64,000 bases of DNA. It comes from an uncultured virus (IMG/VR IMGVR_UViG_3300020196_000023) (lineage: Duplodnaviria > Heunggongvirae > Uroviricota > Caudoviricetes). Positions 18,574 to 29,034 of the stretch are shown piece after piece. Position numbers and translations under genes: made by a program. The stretch lies in IMG/VR virus record IMGVR_UViG_3300020196_000023. The stretch is one strand, 5' to 3'. The notes under the pieces are model-generated. The model was not told the origin of the DNA. It worked only from the letters and a program-made list of their open reading frames with translations, and made no database searches. Within the stretch, counting starts at the first letter, position 1. Every line of letters starts with the position of its first letter.

Positions 18574-19396
18574 CATAGGAATAGTTGGTAATGGTTTCGT
18601 TGGTAATGCACTATACGTAAACTTTAAAGATAAATACAATACAAAAGTATATGACAGTCTACAAGAAAGATGCTTTAATACTTTAGAGGAAGTATTAGAT
18701 TGTGATTATGTATTTGTGTGCTTGCCAACACCAATGAAATCAGCTGAAGGGGCAGAATGTAACTTAAGTATATTAAATAATTTTATTAATAATATACCAT
18801 TGAATAATAAGTCTCTTTTTATTATAAAGTCTACAGTTCCTATTGGAACTACTAAAAATTTTAAAAGTTTAAGACCAGATTTAAAAATAGTACACAATCC
18901 AGAATTTTTAACTGCTGCAAACGCTGCTAATGATTTTAAAAATTCTTATAGAAATATAATAGGTGGAGAATTAGAAGATTGCAAATACTTAGCACAATTA
19001 TTATCTGATATGTTTCCTAATGCGACTAATCTATTAGTTTCCTCAGATGAATCAGAAATGATAAAATATTTTGCTAATACCTTTTTAGCTGTTAAAGTTG
19101 CTTATTTTAACATGATGTATGATTTATGTATTGATATTAATGCTAATTATGATAATATTGTACAAGGTGTGTGTAGCGACGAAAGAATAGGTTATTCGCA
19201 TTCTAAAGTTCCGGGGCCGGATGGTGATAGAGGTTTCGGCGGAACATGTTTTCCAAAAGATATTAATTCTTTAATCAAAACATATGAACAACGTGGATTA
19301 AATTGTGATATTATTAAAGAAGTGTGGAAGCAAAATAAGAACATAAGAAAAAACTGGGATTGGGCTGTATCTAAATCGGCAGTTTTAGGAGAGTAA
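18560..19396 (+). CDS. UDP-glucose/GDP-mannose dehydrogenase family, short form
   Basis: GNGFVG, CLPTP, KST, NPEFL, KYFAN, GFGGTCFPKD; ends before usual C-terminal domain. Confidence 0.88.
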   Translation: MPINSIGIVGNGFVGNALYVNFKDKYNTKVYDSLQERCFNTLEEVLDCDYVFVCLPTPMKSAEGAECNLSILNNFINNIPLNNKSLFIIKSTVPIGTTKNFKSLRPDLKIVHNPEFLTAANAANDFKNSYRNIIGGELEDCKYLAQLLSDMFPNATNLLVSSDESEMIKYFANTFLAVKVAYFNMMYDLCIDINANYDNIVQGVCSDERIGYSHSKVPGPDGDRGFGGTCFPKDINSLIKTYEQRGLNCDIIKEVWKQNKNIRKNWDWAVSKSAVLGE

Positions 19397-19398
19397 AT

Positions 19399-19575
19399 AT
19401 GAAAATGTCTAACCAAATGCTATCTGCAATTATGATTTCATTACAAAAGAGCCTCATGGAACAAACAGATATAGTTCCACTACTAAAAGGTTTTGAAATG
19501 GAACTAGAAGGTGAAGAGTTAGTAGTTAAAAATCCTCCTAATAGCATTTCCGCTAAACCATTAACTGGTGAATAA
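19399..19575 (+). CDS. Small hypothetical protein (58 aa, below ORF-track cutoff)
   Basis: AGGAG SD; MKMSNQMLSAIMISLQKSLMEQTDIVPLLKG...; fills the gap between neighbours. Confidence 0.75.
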   Translation: MKMSNQMLSAIMISLQKSLMEQTDIVPLLKGFEMELEGEELVVKNPPNSISAKPLTGE

Positions 19576-19576
19576 T

Positions 19577-19831
19577 ATGCCAACCTATATTTATAAGTGT
19601 GATAAATGCGAAAATACCTTTAAAGCATTTCACGGTATGAACGATACACTTACTGAATGCTTAGACTGTCATGAAACAGGGTGTATAAATAAAATTCCTT
19701 CATTACTAACTTCATTACCGGAACGTAATAGAGATATAACGGCGGCTGGCACTCGCGTTAAAGAGGCTATAGAAGATAATAGACAGCTACTTTTAGATCA
19801 AAAGCAGCAATTATTAGCTAAAAAAATATAA
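19577..19831 (+). CDS. FmdB-like zinc-ribbon protein
   Basis: MPTYIYKCDKC...CLDC. Confidence 0.8.
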   Translation: MPTYIYKCDKCENTFKAFHGMNDTLTECLDCHETGCINKIPSLLTSLPERNRDITAAGTRVKEAIEDNRQLLLDQKQQLLAKKI

Positions 19832-19832
19832 T

Positions 19833-20189
19833 ATGACCTTTTTACTAAGCTTATTATTAGTCGCATCCCTAGCTGGAAATGTAGTATTGATATGGTATAC
19901 CCGTAAATTAGTACAAAATCTTTATTACGGCGTTAAAAATGTTGATGAAATGCAAAAATTACTTAGTGAATATGCTTCGCTATTAGAACCATTATTAACT
20001 ATGGAAAATTATTATGGCGATCCTGCTATAACTTCTGCCATTGCCAACACTAAGCTAGTTGTTGATGCTTGCAAGGCATATAAAAATTCAATTATAGAAA
20101 GCCAAGATGAAGAAAATAAAGAAAACGAAGAAGACAAAGGCAATCAAGTCAAAAGCACAACCCAAAACCAAGCGCAAACACCCGCCTAA
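19833..20189 (+). CDS. Hypothetical membrane-anchored protein
   Basis: N-terminal hydrophobic helix, acidic tail. Confidence 0.7.
   Translation: MTFLLSLLLVASLAGNVVLIWYTRKLVQNLYYGVKNVDEMQKLLSEYASLLEPLLTMENYYGDPAITSAIANTKLVVDACKAYKNSIIESQDEENKENEEDKGNQVKSTTQNQAQTPA
19969..20001 (+). repeat. 33-bp exact direct repeat, copy 1 (copy 2 at 28175-28207)
   Basis: AATATGCTTCGCTATTAGAACCATTATTAACTA. Confidence 0.9.
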
Positions 20190-20988
20190 ACCTTCTAAAA
20201 AGACTTATAAACCACGTAAAGCTAAGAAACAAGTAAAGACAGCTATTGTCGTTGCAAAACCCGCTATAGCCCCTTCTGAGCCCAAGCAAGAAAAAGGGCA
20301 ATATTTTACCAAGGTTCATGAAGACGCCATATTAGCTTATGCGTCAAGCACTGACAATAATCGTAAAACAGAATTATATATGACCCTTATCCAACCAGTA
20401 TTTAATGAGATGGTTGAAAAGATAGTTTATACCTATAAATTCAATAGTTTACCAAACATAGATGATCTTAAAAATGAATGCAAGATCTTTTTAACTACTA
20501 TATTAGATAAATATGATACCTCTCGGGGTTCAAAGGCATTTTCCTATTTTTCAGTAATTACTAAAAACTGGTTTATACACAAAGTAAAGAAAAATAATAA
20601 TAAAAAAGAAGTATACATAGAAGATATTAAAGATTCACCACAAGAAGAGGAATTAGTATACGAAGAAAGTTATTTATCAAATCGAGAAAAGGAAGAATTT
20701 TGGTCTGCTTTAGATATAGAGATGAATGGTTGGTTTGATAAACGGTTAAAAGAAAATGAAATAAAAGTTTATAAAGCGATAATAATGCTTTTTAAAGAAT
20801 GTGACTCTATAGAAATTTTTAATAAAAAGGCTATTTATTTATATATGAGAGAAATAACCGGTTTAAATACTAAACAGGTTGTTAACAATCTAAAGAAGTT
20901 TCGTAATAAATATGACCAATTTAGAGAAAATTGGGAAAATGGAAAAGTTACCCACGTTAATATAGAGGCACAAGCATATGAGCAATAA
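20107..20988 (+). CDS. Phage sigma-like factor (T4 gp55-like late sigma) with Lys-rich N-tail
   Basis: YFT..E, DLKNEC..KYD..GSKAFSYFSVITKN region-2-like motif; C-terminal REITGLNTKQV HTH-like segment. Confidence 0.7.
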   Translation: MKKIKKTKKTKAIKSKAQPKTKRKHPPKPSKKTYKPRKAKKQVKTAIVVAKPAIAPSEPKQEKGQYFTKVHEDAILAYASSTDNNRKTELYMTLIQPVFNEMVEKIVYTYKFNSLPNIDDLKNECKIFLTTILDKYDTSRGSKAFSYFSVITKNWFIHKVKKNNNKKEVYIEDIKDSPQEEELVYEESYLSNREKEEFWSALDIEMNGWFDKRLKENEIKVYKAIIMLFKECDSIEIFNKKAIYLYMREITGLNTKQVVNNLKKFRNKYDQFRENWENGKVTHVNIEAQAYEQ

Positions 20989-21274
20989 AACATTAGAAGA
21001 CTATATTGCTGAAACCACCGTCAACATACAAAATGATAGAGCATTAGCCAGTAAATTGCTTATTGATTTGATGGAACAGATGGAAAAACAAAAAGAAGAA
21101 AAATATACACACAAGAACTTTGGTGAAATAGCTGCTATGTATCTTGAAACACTACAACGATCTAATGAGCAATTAGTTAAATTAGCTGCCATTGTTCAAC
21201 GCCAAGAAGGCGGTAAAGATGGCATGTCTAAAAAAGAAAAGGATAATCTTTTTGATTTAATCCGTGAGGGATAA
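20978..21274 (+). CDS. Hypothetical helical protein
   Basis: GAGG SD, coupled to sigma gene. Confidence 0.75.
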   Translation: MSNKTLEDYIAETTVNIQNDRALASKLLIDLMEQMEKQKEEKYTHKNFGEIAAMYLETLQRSNEQLVKLAAIVQRQEGGKDGMSKKEKDNLFDLIREG

Positions 21275-21278
21275 ATAA

Positions 21279-22490
21279 TTGTCTGCTGAAAGACCAACGA
21301 AAGTCAATCTCACATCTTTAGTATTTGATAGATTCAAGCCAACGCTAGATCTTAAAAATACCACTATTGAATCTTTATTGCGAAACGTTGCTGTAGATTA
21401 TTACAAACCTGACACTCTTAAAAATGTAACTTTTTTTTCTGGACGTATACTAAGAAAAGTTGATGATCCAAAAAAGTTCGATCCGTCGCCATTTAACGAA
21501 ATAAATAGCACATCAGACACAAATATTTCTAGATATAAAGTTTGGGTTCATGATTTATGTATTGTCAACGATCCAAGTGAAAATACCAATGTTAATAATC
21601 AAGGAAGTATTGTAGAAAATATTTATCCTTCCGATGACACAGAATACGGCAGATCTCTAATAAGCTGTTTGCAAGATTATATTGTAACCGACTCAGAATT
21701 AAATTCGCCATGTGTCGGTGATGATGTCGTAGTTACCTACAGAGATCTAACAAATTTTAAACATGGCATTATTACAGAAATACAAAATAAAACTTCAAAT
21801 GGTGAAAATACAATAAATCCAAATGCTGCTGGTGGTGTTCCCGTGAGCGGGAGTAACAAACCATCCGCTGCTTTTGCTACTGCTACACCCGCTGCAAATA
21901 TTGAAGAATCTAATAATGATGAAGAAATAGAATTATATAATCAAAATGGTAAAGTATATAAAAAAGTAAAAGCTAGAAAAGTTCCTTCTACTGATGGATC
22001 TAAGCAATTATTAATTGTACAAATGGCAGAAGATTTTAAAAAAATGGCTTTAGATGCTAAAGCAGACGGAATAAACTTGACTGCCAATTCTGCTTATAGG
22101 AATATTGATCAACAAATAGAAATATTTGACAAAAGATGGACAATAAAATATGCCGAAGGAAGGCCAAAAATATTACCTAAAGATAAAGGTGGGCAAAACG
22201 AATTAAATTCTGTAGGAAAAACAAGCGGGACGGCTGCTATTCCGGGGGGAAGTCCACACAATAGATCTGAAGCAGTAGATATTAGTATAGGTGGTGGTCC
22301 TAACTTAATAGATAAATTTAATACTCCTAATTATAAATGGCTACAAAAAAATGCTTATAAATATGGTTTTTTCAATACCGGTTATAAAATTAAAAAAACT
22401 CCTGAAGCATGGCATTGGTCGTACAAACCATCAGAAAAAGGTAATAAAAATGCTATTATAAATCCACCAAAAGAAAGGGAATCGGAATAA
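21279..22490 (+). CDS. Baseplate-associated protein with C-terminal M15B (VanY-like) peptidoglycan peptidase
   Basis: SAYR..QQ, PGGSPH..AVD, WLQKNAYKYGF, EAWHW. Confidence 0.8.
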   Translation: MSAERPTKVNLTSLVFDRFKPTLDLKNTTIESLLRNVAVDYYKPDTLKNVTFFSGRILRKVDDPKKFDPSPFNEINSTSDTNISRYKVWVHDLCIVNDPSENTNVNNQGSIVENIYPSDDTEYGRSLISCLQDYIVTDSELNSPCVGDDVVVTYRDLTNFKHGIITEIQNKTSNGENTINPNAAGGVPVSGSNKPSAAFATATPAANIEESNNDEEIELYNQNGKVYKKVKARKVPSTDGSKQLLIVQMAEDFKKMALDAKADGINLTANSAYRNIDQQIEIFDKRWTIKYAEGRPKILPKDKGGQNELNSVGKTSGTAAIPGGSPHNRSEAVDISIGGGPNLIDKFNTPNYKWLQKNAYKYGFFNTGYKIKKTPEAWHWSYKPSEKGNKNAIINPPKERESE

Positions 22491-22493
22491 ATT

Positions 22494-23396
22494 ATGGGTA
22501 GTCCTAACGATGTCACAGAGCGTCCTGCTGCGATAGATCCTGTAAAACCAAATTCAGAAAATGGATTTAATAATAATCAACTATATGAGCCTTCTAACAC
22601 ATTAGTATTTAATAATTCTACAGCTGAAAAAGTATTTTCTGGTAGAAATAATACATGGATTGTCTTAGGTAGAGATAGAAATGGCCCCTTAAATAGTGGC
22701 TTTGGAGGAAAAGGACATAGTAAGTCTGGTGCGATTGATATAGTAGTAGGTCGGTTATCGGCTGTTGATGCTAAAAGTTTAAAAGATAAAAAAGTAAATC
22801 CATCTTTTACGGCAGATGCTGCAAGAATATATATTTCTCAAAAATGTCTTATAGATGAATATTTTATGATCGGTAACATGTCTAATGCAAAAACTAGTCC
22901 GAGTTCAGCCATAGGTATAAAAGCTGACAATGTTAGAATTATTGGTAGAAATAGTATTAAACTTGTTACTAGAACTGATAGCTTAATGTCTAATAATAAT
23001 CCGCCCTACGATATGATGGGTATACAGTTAATAGCTAATAATGATGAAGCTTCTTTGCAGCCGATGGTTCTTGGTACTAATTTAGTTAATGCTCTCGGTA
23101 AATTAACAGATGAAATGGCAACTATAATTGGACATTTGCAAAAGTTCGTAAATATTCAGGTACAATTTAATGATTCTTTGGCAAATCACACGCATTTATC
23201 ACCATTTTATGGTCAAAAAACATCTTTTGATCCAAACGTAATAATAGAAGCAAAAAAAGCATATATGAAAGTATTTACTACTGTTGCGCAGGAACTATTA
23301 AGTTCAACTAATAATTTAATAAGCTGGCAATCAAAATATTTAATTTGCGGCAATAAAGGCAATTATATAAACAGTATGTATAATTTTACTAATTAA
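22494..23396 (+). CDS. Putative baseplate central spike protein
   Basis: Beta-rich core and C-terminal NHTH (HxH metal motif); position before gp25-like gene. Confidence 0.55.
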   Translation: MGSPNDVTERPAAIDPVKPNSENGFNNNQLYEPSNTLVFNNSTAEKVFSGRNNTWIVLGRDRNGPLNSGFGGKGHSKSGAIDIVVGRLSAVDAKSLKDKKVNPSFTADAARIYISQKCLIDEYFMIGNMSNAKTSPSSAIGIKADNVRIIGRNSIKLVTRTDSLMSNNNPPYDMMGIQLIANNDEASLQPMVLGTNLVNALGKLTDEMATIIGHLQKFVNIQVQFNDSLANHTHLSPFYGQKTSFDPNVIIEAKKAYMKVFTTVAQELLSSTNNLISWQSKYLICGNKGNYINSMYNFTN

Positions 23397-23403
23397 GGAT
23401 TAT

Positions 23404-26400
23404 ATGAGTAATTTTGAAGAAGTGAAATATCCACCAACCCCAAATTATGAAACACACTTCTTAAACAAAGAATCAGTTTATTTAGATGTGTCAAGAGAAG
23501 AATTGCTTCTTTCATCTAGTTTTAGCGTTAATACCACCAACAAAGCACCACAGAATACCAAAGTCACAATAATAGAAGAGGGTTTGGGTGTTAACGCACT
23601 TTGGAATTATGTAAAATATAATAACAAAAGTGTATATTTTTTAAGAGAAAATTTAACACCATTAAATGGCATAAAACAATCGATGCCATTAGCTATAGAT
23701 TCTGCATATCAACAAAATTTACAATCTCCAAAAATTGATTGGAGAGAACAAAAGCCAAATACAGTTTATTTAGACACATATAATGCTAAATTCTGTACTC
23801 ATATAGAATTACCATATGAAAAAGTAAACGGTAAAGAGGATTTAAAAGAAAAAATTAAAGAAGGCTATTATAAAGGCGTTGCTTTAATATTAAAGGAAAC
23901 TGCTAAACAATATGATATAGTTTATATTAATCAGCTAACTGATAGCTATTATAAATTTGCTGAAGCGGAAGAATATTTTTTTCCACTTAGGGAATGTTCT
24001 ACATTACGAGTTTTAGTTACTATATCATCAAAATATTTAAATTCTGGATTTATAAATAATAATAAAGTAAATAAAAAAGGTATTTATGAAGAAAAAGAAT
24101 TATTAGATCTTTTTAATTCACAGCTTTTTGATGAAGATACGTTTGGTTCTTCCGAAGGATCTGGACCCACTTCAGATCAAGACCAAATTAGTATATATGA
24201 AACTTTAGAATATAATAATTATGATTTATTTTCTAGACATATTAGCGAAATAAAAAATATATTAATCCAAAATCAAGTTATTTATGCCACTGGTCAATGG
24301 GATATAGTACCCGATGGTGTAAATTTAAACTTTTTAACTGAAATAGCAAATATAGAATTATTTTTTAATAAAATAAATAAATTTTTAGATAGTAATATAT
24401 CTAAGAAGCCAATTGATCAAGCTTTTAATATCAATAATCTTGTTAGTTCCATAGTTGGAGAGCCTTGGTCTGGTAATTTAAAATTTATATTAAACAAAAA
24501 CGACACTAAAATAGTTGATATACAATTTTTTGATAATTTTAATAATAAAATTCCTTTAAATATTGGCTATTATTCTATTTTGCAAGATGAAACAATATTA
24601 AATAAAACAACAATTAATTATTTAAAAAAAATTAAAAAACCAACCACTTTAGATGATATTTTACTTGGCATAAGTGGCAGCATTATGCCTTCTTTGCAAA
24701 GTGCTGCTTCCAGTTTAACGCTAGCAGTTACAAATCCAGAACAGGCATTAAAGAATTTAGCTGCCGACATACAAAATGCTCCTGAAAATATAGCGAATAA
24801 TTTAGCCAACGCAGCAGATAATGTAAGTTCTGGTATTGACAATGCAGCACAAAATATTCAACAACTAATACCAGATGAAATTTTAAAAAAGTTTTTAATT
24901 AATTATCACGAACCATCAATAACAGATATTATTAGAAGGCCGATAGATTTAGCACAGTGCGTGCAATCAAATTATAATTTATTAAAAGAAATAGAAAATA
25001 ATATAAAACCAGCAGCTTTAAGACAATTTGAATCTCAAATACAAGAGTATCAAAAAAGAAAAAAAGAATTTGATGGTAGCACGTTTGATAAAATATTATC
25101 TGGCGATATAAGTAAAACCTTTGATCCAAGATTAAGAAAATTATTTGGATTAGATCCAATAGATTTTTCTAATCCCATACGAGGATTAAATGAAATATTA
25201 GGAATTATCAATTTATTTGATATACAAAGATGGCTATTGGAATCATTAAAGTGCGGTACTCTTGATTTTGACCCACAACAATTTAATAAATTGTTAGAAC
25301 AATATGGTAATGTAAAAAAAGCTCTAGATGCGTTAGCTGTAATCTCTGTATGTAATCCAAATTTTACTAATGTTTTAAAATTATATACTTCTTTTACGCT
25401 GCCTTTATTACCTACTACTAATCCTAATCGCTCTTTAATTGAACAGCTTATAAAATTAGTTGTTCAAGTAACAAATGATATTGTTGTTTTGACTATTAGA
25501 CAGTTATTAACAAATTCATTTAAAAATTGCGCAGATGATAAGAGAAGAAATAATCTTCCTAATTCATTAAGCAATAACATAGATCCAAACGCTGGCTTTA
25601 ACGGGGCTGCTATTGATGATTTATTAAATGATATATCAGGTGGCATATATGATGAAAATGGAGAGATCATTCCAGAAGCTAGAGATGCCGCTAAACAAAA
25701 ATTGAAACAATTATTAGATGAGTTAAGTAATTGTTTATCTACTAGAGAATTGTGTGCATTATTGACTGGTAAAACAGTTAACGATTCTGTTATAGATGCG
25801 ATAGTATCATTTATAAAAAGAAAATATAACAATCCAAACGGTATTACTAATTTAGCAAATAAATTTAATAATAGAGATTATATTATAAATTTCTTTTTAG
25901 TCCTTGGTCGTAATCTTGGCGATGATTTATTAATTTGTGACGATATTTTAAATCAACCAGAAGATTTCAATAAGAATCCTCTTTGCGATGATGGAACAAT
26001 AAATAATCTACGTAAAAAATTATTGGGCGATAAAGGATTAACTCCTGATTTAATAGATGATTTATTAAAAGATATAAATGATAAAAAAGCTAAAAATCTT
26101 GATGATTTACTTAAGTTTTTAGATTCAGACGATCCATTTAAGTATGATAATATACCATCAGTATTATGCAAAGATGGTATACCTCCCGCAATTAAAGTAT
26201 CTCCGTCTATAGATAGTTTTAAGGGTTTGTTAAATGCTCTTTTTAGAGATGTATATGACAACTTTGATAGAGAATCAACTGAATGGTATAAAACCACTTA
26301 TTCTACTAAGGGTGGTCCTAAAACAATGTCTTTTGATGAAAGCGGCAAGCTAGTATTTGATACTAGTTCCGCTGGTGAAGCTACTGATTCTGATAAAAGC

Positions 26401-28992
26401 GGTTTACAGGAAATTATACCTAATTTTCTTTTTGATCAAAGTATAACAACGGTTACAAATAATTCTTTGTATGATGATAAAAGCTATTCTTATAAAGTAT
26501 TTTTAAATGGTAAAGCACAAAGAGACTTAGACGTTACAATACTAGAATCTAGTATAAAAACCGATATAGAAACGGCTGAAAAAAGCTTAAGAGATTTTTT
26601 GTCCGATTTTAATATTGCTTATAATCTGTATATAACTACTTTGGGAATACAGATTGGTTTTGAAGTTGGTACAGCTATTCAATCTAATAATTTTCAAAGA
26701 GCATCTAGCAACTCTGGAGTTTTGCAAACTTTAGAAGCAAATATTAAAGGTTTAAGTCCAACATTTTTTAATGAATTTTTAAAATTTATTAGATTACAAG
26801 ACATGTTTATGGTTAATAGTATATCTGACATAGACGAGCTAAAAGTTCTATTTCCAGATAATAAATTATTAGCTAATCATTTAGTTATTTCTGATTCTGG
26901 TATTGCTGTGTATATAACAGTTTGTGAATATTTAATTAAACATAAAAATGATTTAAGCAATATGCTTAACCAAATAGCACAAAGGCTTCGTCCCGCTTCT
27001 GAGAATACTTTAATACCTAATGAAAATGTCGCAAGTTATAATGATTTATTACAACAATTAGAATTTGCTATTAGTCAATACAATCAAATAAAAAATGCTT
27101 ATGAATTATTATTAAATTCTTCAATCAATTATCCTTCTTATGATTTAAATATGTCATTTGGCTTATCGTCATATAGCGGAATAAAAAATTATGATAATGA
27201 ATCAATTTATAATATTTCTTCTACGCTAATTAAAAAAAATAATAAACAATATATAAAATTTGGTAGTAAAAATAAAGTAAAAGACTCAATAAAAAATTAT
27301 ATTTTAAATGATTTAAAAATAGACAAAGACGGAATAAACAAAAATAATATTTTTAATGAATATATAAAATCTAAAAACGATTTATACAACTCTTATATTG
27401 ATATTAATTCAGATATTGTATTTGATAATAATAAATTTTCTTCTTTAGATAAATTTATTTTTAATAAACTAGTAAATAATATTAAATCACCAAATAATTT
27501 ATTTGATAACTGTAGAATTATTAAACAAGAATTTAAGCCAACTCCTGATAGCGAAGTGGAAATTAAAGAACATAAAGTACCTTATACTAAATTGTTTGGC
27601 GATAAATTAGTGATTAAACAAACCCCAGAGCAAAAAGCTTGTAATGTTCGTCCACATTATTTGGATATTGATTCTATAAAAAGCGATATTATTAATAACA
27701 AAGAAAAAAGCTTGTGTTCTATAGAAGAAGCTAAAAATGAAAATATTATTAATAATATCCCTATTAACTCCTCAGAGATGCAAAATTTAGAAACTTCTGA
27801 AACGCAAAATATAATTTTAAATGGAGTTTTTAAATTAGCGATACGTACATATTTGCATGACATTTTGTTAAGAGGAATAAATTTATTTTCTTATTATGAT
27901 CCACAAAGTTTAAGAAAAGATGAATCCTTTATTAGCTTTATGGCTTATTTAGTAGAATCTGAAATGAGGGGTGTGGATAACACTTTCTTTACACTTATGA
28001 TGAGTGGTATAAACCGCGCAGTAAATCCTGACAGCTCTAGAACACAACAAGAAATAGATTTCTTATCTAGGGACATGTTTAAAGACACGGTAGCAGTAGA
28101 ATTGCAAGAAGTAGTATTGCCAAAATTAGCCAAAAGACTAAATGAAGATACTAATAAATATTTAATACAAAGTCAATATGCTTCGCTATTAGAACCATTA
28201 TTAACTAGTGATAGTAATAAAACTCTTAAATTAGTAAATGTGGTTAAAGATGCTAAAGATTTATTTGCAGAAAATATTTTGTTTCAAAAACAAGATGGAG
28301 TTTATTTATTGGTTGATAATAATAAAGCCATAAAAATATCAGATGGTACTTATGAACAATTCGCCAATTCTGTGGATTATGAATTGTTGTTTGAATATTT
28401 ATTTCCACAAACGCAATATTTAAGCTTTATGTTTATTACAAGCGCGTTGAGCACTTCTACAAGAAGAAGTATACTGGATATTTTTAAAGATACAAAAGCC
28501 TGTATTAGAAATCTAGGCAAGATAGCTCAAACAAACGGTGCTAATATCACCCCAGACTTAACTAATGCTCAAGATATTATTAACAACGATACCGATGATT
28601 TATTAAAAAAGTATCTTTTTGAGACATTATTAAAAACTCCATTCCTTATTTTTAAAGGTTTTGCTGAAATGTCAGAGCCTAATTTATTAATAAGTTCAAG
28701 CATTTATAAAACTTTGAGCCTTTTTGTTCCTGAAACTCCATCTTTTATTATTCCTCCTACTTCCGGTATATTATTTGCCACAGGCATATCATTTGTAAAT
28801 CCTATAGTTTATTTCTTATATTTAGGAGGCTTCTTCTGGTATGAAGATAAATCTAATAATTCTGATATAGCTAAAAAATCTATGTTATTAAAATTTGCTG
28901 AAGGCTCTGGCGAAGATATGAATTGTGAAAGTATTACCAATAATAACAACGACTTAGTTAAATTAAATAATGAAGGTATATATGAAATATAA
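23404..28992 (+). CDS. Large (1862 aa) putative virion/baseplate protein
   Basis: Long ORF within baseplate module; no recognised catalytic motif. Confidence 0.6.
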   Translation: MSNFEEVKYPPTPNYETHFLNKESVYLDVSREELLLSSSFSVNTTNKAPQNTKVTIIEEGLGVNALWNYVKYNNKSVYFLRENLTPLNGIKQSMPLAIDSAYQQNLQSPKIDWREQKPNTVYLDTYNAKFCTHIELPYEKVNGKEDLKEKIKEGYYKGVALILKETAKQYDIVYINQLTDSYYKFAEAEEYFFPLRECSTLRVLVTISSKYLNSGFINNNKVNKKGIYEEKELLDLFNSQLFDEDTFGSSEGSGPTSDQDQISIYETLEYNNYDLFSRHISEIKNILIQNQVIYATGQWDIVPDGVNLNFLTEIANIELFFNKINKFLDSNISKKPIDQAFNINNLVSSIVGEPWSGNLKFILNKNDTKIVDIQFFDNFNNKIPLNIGYYSILQDETILNKTTINYLKKIKKPTTLDDILLGISGSIMPSLQSAASSLTLAVTNPEQALKNLAADIQNAPENIANNLANAADNVSSGIDNAAQNIQQLIPDEILKKFLINYHEPSITDIIRRPIDLAQCVQSNYNLLKEIENNIKPAALRQFESQIQEYQKRKKEFDGSTFDKILSGDISKTFDPRLRKLFGLDPIDFSNPIRGLNEILGIINLFDIQRWLLESLKCGTLDFDPQQFNKLLEQYGNVKKALDALAVISVCNPNFTNVLKLYTSFTLPLLPTTNPNRSLIEQLIKLVVQVTNDIVVLTIRQLLTNSFKNCADDKRRNNLPNSLSNNIDPNAGFNGAAIDDLLNDISGGIYDENGEIIPEARDAAKQKLKQLLDELSNCLSTRELCALLTGKTVNDSVIDAIVSFIKRKYNNPNGITNLANKFNNRDYIINFFLVLGRNLGDDLLICDDILNQPEDFNKNPLCDDGTINNLRKKLLGDKGLTPDLIDDLLKDINDKKAKNLDDLLKFLDSDDPFKYDNIPSVLCKDGIPPAIKVSPSIDSFKGLLNALFRDVYDNFDRESTEWYKTTYSTKGGPKTMSFDESGKLVFDTSSAGEATDSDKSGLQEIIPNFLFDQSITTVTNNSLYDDKSYSYKVFLNGKAQRDLDVTILESSIKTDIETAEKSLRDFLSDFNIAYNLYITTLGIQIGFEVGTAIQSNNFQRASSNSGVLQTLEANIKGLSPTFFNEFLKFIRLQDMFMVNSISDIDELKVLFPDNKLLANHLVISDSGIAVYITVCEYLIKHKNDLSNMLNQIAQRLRPASENTLIPNENVASYNDLLQQLEFAISQYNQIKNAYELLLNSSINYPSYDLNMSFGLSSYSGIKNYDNESIYNISSTLIKKNNKQYIKFGSKNKVKDSIKNYILNDLKIDKDGINKNNIFNEYIKSKNDLYNSYIDINSDIVFDNNKFSSLDKFIFNKLVNNIKSPNNLFDNCRIIKQEFKPTPDSEVEIKEHKVPYTKLFGDKLVIKQTPEQKACNVRPHYLDIDSIKSDIINNKEKSLCSIEEAKNENIINNIPINSSEMQNLETSETQNIILNGVFKLAIRTYLHDILLRGINLFSYYDPQSLRKDESFISFMAYLVESEMRGVDNTFFTLMMSGINRAVNPDSSRTQQEIDFLSRDMFKDTVAVELQEVVLPKLAKRLNEDTNKYLIQSQYASLLEPLLTSDSNKTLKLVNVVKDAKDLFAENILFQKQDGVYLLVDNNKAIKISDGTYEQFANSVDYELLFEYLFPQTQYLSFMFITSALSTSTRRSILDIFKDTKACIRNLGKIAQTNGANITPDLTNAQDIINNDTDDLLKKYLFETLLKTPFLIFKGFAEMSEPNLLISSSIYKTLSLFVPETPSFIIPPTSGILFATGISFVNPIVYFLYLGGFFWYEDKSNNSDIAKKSMLLKFAEGSGEDMNCESITNNNNDLVKLNNEGIYEI
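28175..28207 (+). repeat. 33-bp exact direct repeat, copy 2
   Basis: Identical to 19969-20001; both encode YASLLEPLLT. Confidence 0.9.
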
Positions 28993-29034
28993 ATTTTATT
29001 TATTTTAAAAACTATTTAAAATTAGGAAAACATT

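Noticed and set aside
7766..19396. Bacterial chromosomal LPS/capsule locus
   Set aside because: Gene-coupled on both sides to phage genes and lacks wzx/wzy or transporter genes
23404..28992. Tape measure call for the 1862-aa ORF
   Set aside because: Only a short Ala/Asn-rich helical patch; no extended periodicity or adjacent tube/chaperone genes
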